This document shows, piece by piece, positions 13,865 to 25,220 of a stretch of 64,000 nucleotides of DNA. The notes under the pieces are model-generated. The model saw only the letters and a program-made list of their open reading frames with translations, did not search any database and was not told the origin of the DNA. The position numbers and the translations under genes were made by a program. Positions within the stretch are counted from its first letter, which is position 1. The number at the start of each line of letters is the position of its first letter. Source of the DNA: Lepidodermella squamata (taxonomy: Eukaryota > Animalia > Gastrotricha); contig JBLDXI010000059.1 in assembly GCA_047495785.1 (NCBI GenBank), forward strand, positions 329,601 through 393,600. The letters run 5' to 3'.

Positions 13865-16555
13865 TCCCACCACAAAAAGCTCCGCGATAGGCGACTGCCG
13901 AAGAATGGCGAGGTCCTTGAGAGAACTACCGTTCTGGTCCAGCTATACAACGGCATCAAATCCCAATGAATGGGCTTACGCGCCATCCTCACACCACTCG
14001 CCATTCTGAGCGGCTCTTATGCTAATTTTAACGTAGTTGTCTGCTTTTAGATTGTGATGACTTTTGAGGGAGATTGCTGGTTATATTATAATTGTTTTTT
14101 TCATGATCTTGTTTAGTTATTTAAGCTATGATGCCGGATATTTTTGCAAGCGAAGAAAGAACCATCAATCAATTGGTCAATTTAACGCCTCAAAACTAGC
14201 AATGGATGTCGTTTGAGAAGTAGGAGTGAGAAGACGACGACGACGACGACTGATGCTGTCTCCCTATTAGGTAAGTATGTGTCAATTATTTTTACGTAAG
14301 TATACATAAAAGCCAACTGTGAGTTTTAGGTTTTAGTAAATTTTCACAATTTAGTACCTTGTACAGTTTTGAAAAATGAGTTGCATTGTAGACTTGCAAT
14401 TTGCAATTATTATCATCAGCATCATCATCATTATTATTATCAGCATAACTGTGTGACGTATTATACGATTCGCTAATGGGCTTTTTGGGTTGTATCCGCG
14501 CCAACTTCCGACATTAGTTCGTTCAAATAAGTAAAAATCCATCTTATTGTAGTATTGCTGCTATAGCTGTCAAAGAAAGAGTTGCAGCATTCTCTAGAGG
14601 CGATTAGTACGAAACCATTGTACTATTTTTAGTAATCTTTAGTCAAAGTATCCCACGATTTGTTAAACAACGACTTGCTCGATTTACTTGAGCTTTCTTT
14701 GAACCGATGTCATTGATGGATTGAGACTGACTTCGTGAAATCTTATGAGTCTCGATAGTTTGCATACTTACTGATATACTTATTGATGATGGCAGATAGT
14801 GAGTGAGTGAGTCAGTCCCCTGTTACCGGTTTTCATGCGATCGTGGAATGGCTTGAAGACAAATGGTGAGGACAAATATTATACAAGCCTGGTCCAGTCC
14901 GACAAATAACTTTGATACAAATGTGGCAATTGATCACTTTTCGAAGAACCGACGATGAGGCAGCTGCCTGCTGCAATTGTAGAATGAGTGAAAATACGCA
15001 GATAACAATAGATTGACAGTAGTTGCTCAATCTATCAAGCCCCGGTTGTTCAAGGGTGTTCTGTGGGAAAATTTCCAATTTATTTTGTGTTGCACAACAT
15101 CCACTGCAATTTGCGGTTTGACATTGAGCCCAGCTAGTTCAGCGCAGATCAAAGACTCGGATTTTGTCTTCAATTTCTATGTAACCCGGCAGACAAGGCA
15201 TGTTGAATTTCACGGCGAGATCCCACAAAACGTCCGACTCGGTTTGCCATCGTACTTTGATGCCCCTGTCGGTGTGCCCAGTTTGGCCCAGTTAATAACT
15301 GGTGCTAACTGACTTTCGTGCTACAAATGCCTTATCTAAGTTGCATTCAGTGTTGAATTTTCGCCATGCAATTATAACTTGCTTACTTTCTTTTATTATC
15401 CGTTGCACTGCATGCTTAAAACCCAGTCATCGATTGTGCGGTGCAGAAAATTATATGAATCACTGCGGAAGCGGTCAGACTTATCAGATGTGACAAGAGT
15501 CATATAATATGGCTAGATTTATTCGCCATATATCCTAATACACATTTCATAGTAATAGTACACGGTTGAAAAATTCAGATTGATGAACGAGCATGGATGT
15601 TTATAGCGATAATTGGATGTAGGTATATCAAATTTCCTAGTTTCCAATCGTTCAAATTTTCAATTTAGTAGGAAATTGTAAATCTCACGAGATGCATGAC
15701 AATTTGAAAAATACCTATTTAATTCTATAATTATGTGTGTTTTTTTAGAGTCGAAACGCTGCGAAGCTCACTCTCTGGTGCCCTCTTATTTGCACTGCGA
15801 ATAATGCGCTCATTCACGCGGGAAATCTGGTGCTGCTTCTGGAGCTGACCGATGACCATGATTATCAGGTAATTTACTCGGTAGAGTTGTAATCTTTATT
15901 AGTATACAATTTTTATTAATTATTCTCTTAGTCGAAACATCCATTTCCATCGAACGCTATTTACCTATGCACCGCGAATAAAACGGAAAACTCGATATAA
16001 TAACACGAGGAACTTGAAACGACGCGAAATTTATGGTAAAAACTATTGACGTTTTCTTCTTTCTGCTTCTTCTTCTTATTTTTCTGTCGACGTCCATTAG
16101 CTGAATGGCTTCATCGCGCAATAAAAATTGATTTCATATCTTTCAAATGAAATTTTGCTTCCGAGTGATTTTTTGTTTACGCTTTTTTTCCATTGATTCA
16201 CTTTTTAGTACGTGCATTCACGACGTGGTACTCGCCGTTGTCCTGTGTCTATTAGCTTAGTAGCTTCAACGTTTCAATGTAGTTCATGGCTGTTTGAACT
16301 GTAGTAGATGGGCAGGCACTTAGCACCAAGTGGTGCCTGAAAGCCGATAATTTGTCCGCATTTTCTTTACCTATTGTACCTTTGGCTTTATACTTACTCC
16401 GTCCCAGCCGCTCAGAATGGCGAGTGGTGAGTGGTGTGCTTACGCGCCATTCATTGGGATTTGATGCCGTTGTATAGCTGGACCAGAACGGTAGTTCTCT
16501 CAAGGACCTCGCCATTCTTCGGCAGTCGCCTATCGCGGAGCTTTTTTTGGTGGGA
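13865..16555. mobile_element. Probable 2.7-kb TIR element (or two inverted dispersed repeats): ~150-bp arms at 13865-14015 and 16406-16555
   Basis: Near-identical inverted arms, both flanked by TA; no transposase recognised inside. Confidence 0.6.
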
Positions 16556-17179
16556 TATGATGCAGTTGGCCGAAGCCGGCGTGATTTTAGTTGGTTTCGT
16601 GGCATGTATAATTATTAAGTAATCATCTGCGTTAGGCTAGCTATAGCTACATACAACTTTGCCACCAAATTCAGGCGTCTTGCATTTTGCAGCACATACG
16701 CTTCACGTAGCTGAGTGTGATGCGGCGGGAACATCATGCTTGCTTGTAAATCAGGATAGCTAGCAACTAAATGGGAAAATCAACAACAAGACGAGGAAAT
16801 CATCAAGACACACATCTTTATTGCTTTACATCACCTCTCATCAATAATCACAAGCTTTGAAAACCAGGAAATTACTATTTGGACAATAGTTCGTCAACCT
16901 TAGCATGCAATGTTTCAATCCTTTTTTTTATCTCATCCAGAGCCGCTGCCGCCGGCTGAGCTTGGACCGGTGCCGGTGCCGCCTGCTGGGGATGAACCCA
17001 TGGGAAAGATGGAGCTGCAACCTGTAGCATGGCGGACATTGCCGCCAGCTGCTGCATGTTGGGGAGCTGTTGGGCGGCACAATTTGAGGCTCGATGGCCT
17101 GGTCGCCGGCATGCAGTACAGCTGAAAATGAAAGAAAGTAATGAGCTTGTTTGTCATTTTTAGCGCGCTTATTGTACTT

Positions 17180-17220
17180 CCCGACGTTTCGACTGATATC
17201 TTAACAGTCATATTCAAGGG
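17180..17220 (-). ncRNA. Degenerate Penelope-type minimal hammerhead ribozyme motif
   Basis: Minus strand ccc-TTGAATA-t-gactg(loop)cagtc-GAAA-cg-tc-ggg; core deviates from CUGANGA. Confidence 0.4.
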
Positions 17221-17222
17221 TT

Positions 17223-17960
17223 CATAGAGATCAGATTAACCAGAGAGGAAACTGATGCAGAAAAAATTCTGTAAAAATTCATTTCGCAATTTTTTCATTA
17301 AGGAGGAATTTTAATAATATTTGCCCTCCTCGAGCTTATGGGAAAACATCAAATTTAATAGTCAGGTTTCTTGAATTCATGATTAAAAAGCATACGATAT
17401 AATTCCTCGTCTCAGAAACAACACACCGCAAAAAACCGCATGCTCAAATCAGCTTCCCAAGTGGAGATATTTGCGATTAATAAAACCTAGTTTTTTCGAA
17501 CCTAGTTAAAACCTAGTTTAAGTATGCCTACTTTGAGCCCTAATAACTCGATTTATACGCAGAAGCCATCCGAAAGACTTATGCCATCTGATAGAGCACA
17601 TCCCAAACTTTCATTTCTGCTAAGCTCGGCCAAATCCCTGACCCACTTTGGAGATATAGCGAAACGAAATTTAAATATCTTGAAAAATAGACAAATTTTC
17701 GCGCATCAATATCTCCGGTTTGGTAGCGCTTAATCGAACGAGGTTTGCGTTGTCATGCTCGTAGTGAGACGCCGAAGAAAACTATATTTGAGTTGACAAT
17801 GCATAGCTCGATTTCAGTTTTCACGATGTGATGTGAAAATATGCAGTTTCTAGGTCATCGGCAATGGTTTGGAATTAAAAAATCCTTCTTAAAAAACTCA
17901 CCGACTTTTTTCAGAAAATTTTTGCATTGAGTTTCCTCTCTGATTAATCTGATCTCTATG
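17223..17960. mobile_element. Non-autonomous P-like/hAT-like element (CATAGAG termini)
   Basis: TIR catagagatcagattaaccagagaggaaact / agtttcctctctgattaatctgatctctatg; perfect 8-bp TSD caagggtt (17215-17222, 17961-17968). Confidence 0.88.
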
Positions 17961-19174
17961 CAAGGGTTATTCACATTTGCAGTTAGATTGTTCAATATTT
18001 CAAAACTATAAAAATGTTTAGCTACCGAATAAAGGTAGATTTTTTAACTAGTAAAAAGCTTAGCGCGAATCGAATCTTTTTGAGTGTTGATTGAAGGCTT
18101 CTTTTCCTTAATTACCAGCATTTCTTGAACCAGGCAGTCGAACTTAGAATTACATTTGACAACTACTTTGAAAAAGGAATCGATTTGTTCTACATCTTGT
18201 CCACAGGCTTGGTGATGGGTTCCAACCTTGCTTTTCTTATGCTCATCAACGCAATAGAAAGATAAGTGCATAATGGGTAATGCTATTTCAACATAAATAA
18301 TGAATTTGAAAAGAAACCACCACCCAACACACGCGATAAAAAAACTGGAAGTCAGGGAAGACGTGAAAAGCGGCTTTTGATGAAAAATCAAACTTGCGAG
18401 TTGAGTGCATTATTTTTGTGGCAGTGCGAAGATTTTTCTAGAAGTGAAAGTACGCATGCCCGCATGCCTGTGCCCGACGCGCCGTCGCGGCCCTAACCAG
18501 CAGCCGGCTGTTCGGCCGAAAATCATCAGCATCAAAAGTTTAAGTCTGCGCTTAATTAGTTTCTTCTCATCATTATCATTATATCACCACAATCGCGTCT
18601 GACCTACAGCCGAGATGCGTCTGGGGCGGGTTTTTTTTCATGCGCCTTTTCGCATACAGCCAGTATTTGGCAACTGGTAAGTGGTAAGGTCACTGAAAGA
18701 CAGCTGCGCGCGAAAGGGGTGGAGCTTTCGATGACAGCAACAACAAAACTGGCCAATCAGCGAGCAGGGCTTGTTAAAAAAAAGCGTCGTTGAAACGACA
18801 ACAAAATTGGCGTATACAATTCGACACCTTCTCTCCGCTCTCACAGTGCCCACTCTGCGTGCCCCGGTAGGTACTAATTTTTACTGCCTGCTTTTTACAA
18901 GGTGGCAAACTACCGTAAAATGAGGCAATGTTATATTTGATCTTTGCTGGTAGCCACCTGCTATCATGATGTTAATGATGATAAATGATGATAAAAAAAT
19001 AAGGAATTATAATAATAATAATAATGATAAGAAACAAGATTCAGCCATTCGCCGCGTATCGATCATTTGCTTGATTTTATTATCACGAGCTTTCAACACT
19101 TGAAACCTGATCTCTACAGTTCTGTCGGTATTTTGTCCATTTTACTGTAGTTTCTCTTCCGACGGTGTTGCTGC

Positions 19175-19399
19175 TCATTTTGCCGCCGTAGCTGCTGTTG
19201 CGTCGGCGTTGTCTTTGGTCGATGCCTGCGAGCTGGCGGCTTGACCCTTGTTTTGATTGTTGCTGGGGCTAGCTTCGGATTCTTCTCGGATGCAAGTTTG
19301 TGAAAGGTCGTCGGGGAAATCGATTCCCGTAAAATCAGTAAGTTCCCACTCGGGGATGATGGGATTGCAGATAGGATTGAGTTCTTGGGAACCAGACAT
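19175..19399 (-). CDS. Small acidic/low-complexity ORF downstream of RepHel-pseudoUSP, possible cargo gene
   Basis: ATG ORF of 74 aa preceded by an attttag acceptor-like site; no recognisable domain. Confidence 0.3.
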   Translation of the reverse strand: MSGSQELNPICNPIIPEWELTDFTGIDFPDDLSQTCIREESEASPSNNQNKGQAASSQASTKDNADATAATAAK

Positions 19400-19983
19400 G
19401 TTGCTAGCGTCGTTGCAGTAGTTTTTCTTGTAGTTGTTATGTAGTATGTAAAAATGCCTAAAATATTATTTATGAAAACGAAAAAACAATCATGATGCGA
19501 TTCAGTTTGTTAAAAAAATACCCTTGGCAACTTTTCTTTTATATAAAAAAAAGCATTGCAGATCACGCTACCTTTGAATTTTTCTTACGTTTCTTATTTG
19601 TTTATTATTTTTCAGAAATTTCGCGCGAATAAAAGAGCAACCTGGCACGACGTAGCAGGTCTAACGATGCCGATGGCCAATTTACGCCGTGTTCAACCGC
19701 CTCGCCTTCTTCAAAGCGAGTCCAGTGACGGCCATCACGACGGTACGCAATATAGCTCGGAAGAACTTGAGGTTGGTTTCTTGTTTTATCAGCTTTGCTC
19801 TTTGCGCTTTGAGGTTTTTCAAAAATGATCGCTTCGAGCTTGAAGCTCGACTTGACGCCTGCTGCTACTGCTAGCGCGTTACGTTTTTTCGTTCGATCAC
19901 TCGTGGTATCAATGCTTGCACGATTGCGATTATTTTTATTATTATTATTATTGGTATTTCTGTTGATGATGATGCTGCTGCTT

Positions 19984-20033
<50 letters not shown>

Positions 20034-20816
20034 GCTGCTGCATAAGCTACTTGTATCATCATCATCATCATCATCAACGACCAGCTCTTCGACAAAGCAT
20101 AGGCGATATGTCGCTAAACCTGTGATATGGACGGGTAGCGCGGGCGCATCTGGGTATTCCCTCTGCACCTCTGCATCACTCCTTGTTATTTCGTTCGTTT
20201 TATCATCAGGAATCAAGTCAAGGCACAGGTAGTCAGATGCCTCTGATATGTAATATTTGCGTTCGATTTGTACCGTTTTATTACAACGCGGGCAATAATT
20301 ATCATGCGCATGTTGCTCCCACTCGTGCCCTTGCTGCTGCGCGGCTGTCGACGCTGCGCTCGGCCCATCAGCTTGACCAGCAGCAGTACCCGCCGCCGAG
20401 CAAGTGTGCCACTGAAATGCAGCAGTAAAAACGTCGCGCCCACTAAGCCCACGCTGGCGTTGTCGAGCCGTGGTTGTAATCTGCTTATTACTAACGCAAC
20501 AACTACCACTGTTGCTATTGCTGCTACAGCTAACAGCCAACATTGCATTTATTATTACCGATAAACGATAATAGCAATCTGTCATCTGGCTGGCACTCAG
20601 CACCGTTTTACACTCGCAGCAACGATTAAGCTGCTTTGTACGCATTTCCAACATATCTCTAATAGCAGTGTGATTTTCGTAAAGGCTGCGAACAAAATTT
20701 TCGAGTGGATGCGCATAATTTATGCGATTATTAGATAATGATGATAAAAGTAATGAAGACGACGACGACGACGACAAGTCGTGATCGCTTCGACTTTTTG
20801 CTATCATTTGTTCGTA

Positions 20817-21433
20817 CAGTGCACTTTCACTATAACGAAATTTACCGCGCCACCCCAATTCTTTCGCTATAGCGGTTTTTCGTTGTATTGGAAGTTTGAT
20901 AAAAAAAATACATCAATTAGAACTATTTCAACACTGTTTTTCATTATTCGAGTCACCAAACGATAATTCATTACAGATGATATGTTTGGGCACTGATAAT
21001 GGCCTCCAAAGTTGCTTTTATTGCCGAAAATCATTTGTTGGAACCCTTTATTACCCAAATAACTTCTTTTAAAATAATAATGATGTCATGAATTGGAAAT
21101 CGGAAAAAAATCGAGAAATATTCTGAAAAATGTAACGCACGTGCTCACCCTACATGCGTTTTCAATTTAAAGACGTTTACATTCTCTCCCCTCACTCATC
21201 TCTCATATGCAACGCTTGAAATCTTGATTTCGTTATAACCTACAAAATATTATGGATTTTTTTTCTGAGAAAGCCATAAAATTCTTTCGAAATAGCGATT
21301 TTTCGCTATACGTATTTCGTTATAGTGAAAGCTTTCCCCATGCAAAACATGCAGACGCTGACCGAGCCACCCAGATCCTTTCGATATAACGGTTTTTCGC
21401 TATATTGGCGTTCGCTATAGTGAAAGTGCACTG
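20817..21433. mobile_element. Tc1/pogo-type MITE inserted in the pseudo-USP coding region
   Basis: TIR cagtgcactttcactata / tatagtgaaagtgcactg; TA TSD (20815-16, 21434-35). Confidence 0.9.
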
Positions 21434-21658
21434 TACAAATCCTGTGTACGCAACGTATTTGCAACTGGTCGCGCTGCTCCAGTAGAGCCAGTGATGCCCG
21501 GCGATGTTGATTTTGCTGTTGCTGCTGTTGTTTTTGTTGTTGTCGTGGTTATCTCAGCACCACTCCTGCTATTGCTTATATACTTTTTCTTGTTGTTGCT
21601 ATCTAACCGCTCAACAGCACCTTGAATTGAGCAGTAAGCAGCTGCTAATGGTGTAAGC

Positions 21659-21688
21659 CTTGTAAGGAATAATACTATTCCTTACAAG
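21659..21688. mobile_element. 30-bp perfect hairpin micro-insertion with 8-bp TSD
   Basis: gtgtaagc|cttgtaaggaata-atac-tattccttacaag|gtgtaagc; creates the TAG that ends the 1163-aa ORF. Confidence 0.85.
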
Positions 21689-24600
21689 GTGTAAGCTCAG
21701 TTAGCAAAGTCACGTGCTCGTCAGTGAGTGCATCAGGTCTTATCATAGATGCGCAATCTTCGGCTTGCAGCAATGCTTCCAGCTGTTCATAAGCAAAAAC
21801 ACAGTGCAACAATGTATTCAACGCGCTCAATTGCGCGGCACCGTGATGTGGCATTTGTAACGGACGGCATAGCCTTAAATTGAACAAACACTTGTTTGTT
21901 CGTGCCGGCGTTGTTAGGCTGCTAGTGCTGGATTTTGTGATGCTACTGCTGCTGCTGCTGCTGCTGCCAACATTATTTTTAGGACTAATTTTAGCGCCAT
22001 TGCTCGGCTGCCGCGTTGCCGTGCGTGCGGCGTCGCCTGTGTTTTTGCGTTTTAGCCTCGTACCATCGTTGCTATCGCGGTCTAGCGGTAGCGAGCTGTC
22101 ATCATCACCGCTGGGACAATTCGACGCTTTTCGCGCCAAAGTGACATTTGTTGCGATATTATATATCATGGCCTCGCAGTTATTGCTCGTTTTAACATTT
22201 TCAACGCTGCTGTTGCTGCTGCGGCTGAGCTTTGATTTTTTACTTGCAACACCAGCCTGCTGTGCAGCCGATGAGGCCTCATCGGCGGCTGTACGTTTTT
22301 GTTGCGTGTTTGACTTTTTGGCTGGATGAATGTTGTCACCAACACTGCGACCGTAGCGAATAGTCACTCGTTTTCGCTGTGTCGGCGCGCCGGCGGCATC
22401 GCCAAGCGTCAGTGGGTCGTGATTATTGAAATCATCATCACTATTATTATAATTATTATTATTATTTTTACTGCTGCTAAAATCAGCAGTTGATTGGTCG
22501 ATGCTAATCGTTGTCGTATTTTCAACAGATACTTGGCGTATACGCCTAACTGTGGAGCCGCCGACGGCGCTTGCACCGCGCCCGCCTCTGCCGGTGAAAC
22601 TACCACCACGAGCAGCACCACGGCCTCGACCTCGGCCACCGCCTCGGCCCCTATCAGCGTGCGCCCGCGAAACTGTTGATACCACCACTGTGGGCAATGC
22701 CGAGGATGATTGTAGCTGCAGTTGACGCTCAACATCATCGCCGCCGGCTGCTAGGGTTACAGCGCTCGAGTCGTTCTCCTGCGCTCGCAAGCTAGCCTTG
22801 CTAAGGTACCAACGCCTGTCTTCGCAATTGATGACAGTTTTGTTACAACCTACTGGTGGCAAATTTATATCCGCGGCGTACTCTGAATAGACCGCCTCGG
22901 AATTGCGCATAACAGACTCGGCGAGGCTTTCGCGGCCTGTTGTTCGACGCAATCGGTCATATTCAATCAGCGCTAGTTTATTGACCATTTTCGCGCCGAT
23001 ACTACGGTCATCAAAGTTGATAAGCAGCAAGTCTTCAAGTTTACAGACTCGCGATAGCATGACGTAAGACTGAGCAACAGCAAAAATCGTCGGGCCCAAA
23101 TCTGCAATGACGCGTTTCAAAGTCATCCCCTGGCAGCGGTGAGCTGTCATAGCATAATTTAGGCTGACACACCACTGCTTGCGTTCAACTATCACACCGT
23201 TCACGAGTGGAAATCTACTTGTAACCGGGCCAATGTCGCATTCCAAGCCGTGATTGAATCTGATGCGCAGCGAAGCAACACGCCTCGGCTGCAATACTTC
23301 CACGGATGCGACGCCAGCAGTATTGTTGTTATTATTATTATTACTATTATTAGCTAACGATGATGATGATGATGAGCTGGTCGTTTTATGTTTTGCACAT
23401 TTGCGTTTGTTTTGATCAAAAGTAAACATGCGACGTTTGCGCTTCGCTGCCTTGATACCCGATGTTAGTTGCAACGTTGTTGTAGACGCCGTGGCTTTAT
23501 CGGCTTGGTTCATTTCAGGTATCGAGTCGGTGTAATTAATACGGACAATTTCGCCACATGCGCCATTTGTAAGTCCGCGCGTAAGGTCTAGATTTCTACG
23601 CAGCGAAATTTTAGCGCCTATTTTAAGCCGCAGCACTTTTTCCAAGCCCGCTGTTCTGGCGACTTGTGACTCGCCATCTTCTGTCAGCTTATTCAACGCC
23701 TTTCTAGCGAGTTCTTGATTGAAATTTCTCTGTGCATAAAATATATCTTCCGCTTCGAGCGTAATCATTCCGTCGTCACCGTTATCGCCGCCGTCGCCGC
23801 TAATGTTCTGCAAATTGTAAAGAACTGCTTCGTTTAGCTGATCAACTTGTGAATTTGTTGCAACAATACATGTCGTGTCTGGATTTTCAATCAAATAACG
23901 AGCTAAAATCTGCCATCGTTGTTCAACAGTTAGCTTGGTATTTTCTGCTAACAACGCACCCGCAGTAGCGTGATTGCTCTCGACAGTAGTAGTTGACGAG
24001 GCGGCGTCAAATTGCTCAAATTGCTGCTCACCTAACTGCTCAACTCGTGCGGTCACAAAGCCGTATTTTACGGCGTAGTAGTGAAAATCAAACAGACGTG
24101 TTAGCAAATGCTCGCGCCCCGGTGGTGCAAGAAGGCCTATGCGCGTTTCTGCGAGTATCTGTGCAAATAACGGATCGGCTTTTTGACGCATATTTATTGC
24201 CAACTCGTCGAATTCGAACGATTTCCACGGCGCTACTTCGATAGGTGACACGCCATGTAGGTTGTTAATAACATGGCCAGGTACATTTTCAAATACGCAT
24301 CCGTCATTTACGGGATTTAATTGTAGCAAATCACCCATTAAAAGAATGTGCATGCCGCCGAACGGCCGCACATAGTCATCCATGGCGCCGCCGTCGCAAA
24401 TTTCTCGCAAACGCTGGCTAACATAGGTGAGCATGACGTTGCTTAGCATGCTGCACTCGTCGATTACGATCAGGGCTACGTTTTTGTAAGCTACCCGCAA
24501 GGCATTAGCTAGTACGGCAAGTATCGACGTGTAACGTGGCGTTGAGCCATGCTCAACAGGCAAATTTACGCCCCGATGCACCGTAGTGCCGCCTATTGCG

Positions 24601-25166
24601 AATGATGCCTGGTCGGACGGTGCCATGGCCAACAAGTGCTTGCCGTGGCGCGATTTCAAGTAGAAGCGAAGCGTCGATACAAGTACGGACTTGCCTACAC
24701 CTGCATTGCCTGATACATAAATTTTAAGCTGCTGCGGTGGTGTGTTATCTGCAACATTAGCCGCAATATTGTTCACACGCGCGTCTGCTTCTGCTGGTGA
24801 TGATCTTTTATTTGCCTCATTATTATTATTATTATTATTATTATTTTTATTATTCACCTTGTACTTGTAAACAAACTTGTCGTGAACGCTTGCCTTGGGA
24901 CTGGCCCAATCGTTGTCGAGACGTTGCTCAACAACTGATATGACGCGGTCAAATACGCGCCGCTGATCAGGATTTAGCCTATCAATTAGCATCGTTAGAC
25001 GAGCCTCGGCTTCTTCGGCTGTTAAATTTTCGAAATCTTCATCTTTATTGTTAACAATCTGCTGCATCTCTGTTCCGTGGTTTACAGCATTAGCCGCCAC
25101 CTCGGTGTCACTCTCGTGAGCACCACTAGCGTCGTTGTCGTCGCTATCATCATCATCATCAATCAA
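21675..25166 (-). CDS. PIF1-family SF1B helicase portion of Helitron RepHel, followed by an RGG/low-complexity linker
   Basis: LNPDQRRVF, VSGNAGVGKS, IVIDECSML, FGGMHILLMGDLLQLNPV, NMRQKADPLF, LKIGAKISLRRNLDLTRGLTNG, YAMTAHRCQGMTL, QSYVMLSRV. Confidence 0.93.
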   Translation of the reverse strand: MIDDDDDSDDNDASGAHESDTEVAANAVNHGTEMQQIVNNKDEDFENLTAEEAEARLTMLIDRLNPDQRRVFDRVISVVEQRLDNDWASPKASVHDKFVYKYKVNNKNNNNNNNNNEANKRSSPAEADARVNNIAANVADNTPPQQLKIYVSGNAGVGKSVLVSTLRFYLKSRHGKHLLAMAPSDQASFAIGGTTVHRGVNLPVEHGSTPRYTSILAVLANALRVAYKNVALIVIDECSMLSNVMLTYVSQRLREICDGGAMDDYVRPFGGMHILLMGDLLQLNPVNDGCVFENVPGHVINNLHGVSPIEVAPWKSFEFDELAINMRQKADPLFAQILAETRIGLLAPPGREHLLTRLFDFHYYAVKYGFVTARVEQLGEQQFEQFDAASSTTTVESNHATAGALLAENTKLTVEQRWQILARYLIENPDTTCIVATNSQVDQLNEAVLYNLQNISGDGGDNGDDGMITLEAEDIFYAQRNFNQELARKALNKLTEDGESQVARTAGLEKVLRLKIGAKISLRRNLDLTRGLTNGACGEIVRINYTDSIPEMNQADKATASTTTLQLTSGIKAAKRKRRMFTFDQNKRKCAKHKTTSSSSSSSLANNSNNNNNNNTAGVASVEVLQPRRVASLRIRFNHGLECDIGPVTSRFPLVNGVIVERKQWCVSLNYAMTAHRCQGMTLKRVIADLGPTIFAVAQSYVMLSRVCKLEDLLLINFDDRSIGAKMVNKLALIEYDRLRRTTGRESLAESVMRNSEAVYSEYAADINLPPVGCNKTVINCEDRRWYLSKASLRAQENDSSAVTLAAGGDDVERQLQLQSSSALPTVVVSTVSRAHADRGRGGGRGRGRGAARGGSFTGRGGRGASAVGGSTVRRIRQVSVENTTTISIDQSTADFSSSKNNNNNYNNSDDDFNNHDPLTLGDAAGAPTQRKRVTIRYGRSVGDNIHPAKKSNTQQKRTAADEASSAAQQAGVASKKSKLSRSSNSSVENVKTSNNCEAMIYNIATNVTLARKASNCPSGDDDSSLPLDRDSNDGTRLKRKNTGDAARTATRQPSNGAKISPKNNVGSSSSSSSSITKSSTSSLTTPARTNKCLFNLRLCRPLQMPHHGAAQLSALNTLLHCVFAYEQLEALLQAEDCASMIRPDALTDEHVTLLTELTPCKE

Positions 25167-25220
25167 TCTAAATCAATCTAAATCAATCTAAATCAATCTA
25201 AATCAATCTAAATCAATCTC
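25161..25220. repeat. Tandem 10-mer (AATCAATCTA)x6 interrupting RepHel
   Basis: Direct reading; introduces stops between two ORFs that are in the same frame. Confidence 0.9.

Larger units (their letters stand above)
19605..21880 (-). pseudogene. Catalytically dead USP-fold (C19) domain at the C-terminus of RepHel, interrupted by two insertions
   Basis: Cys box as GAAQLSALNTLLHCV (Cys replaced by Ser), CCEC...CPRC zinc ligands, KYYISEASDYLCLDL, FKLEAIIF..PSYIAY..WTRFEE..RLLFY (His lost). Confidence 0.7.

Noticed and set aside
16875-18391. Short coiled-coil/Ala-Pro-rich ORF fragments with a TTTTCAG acceptor
   Set aside because: Could not assemble an in-phase gene model or recognise a domain.
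19825-22738. Poly-Leu/Val/Ile/Met ORFs that look like membrane proteins (also 3034-3243, 60567-61031)
   Set aside because: Antisense or alternate-frame translations of trinucleotide microsatellites.
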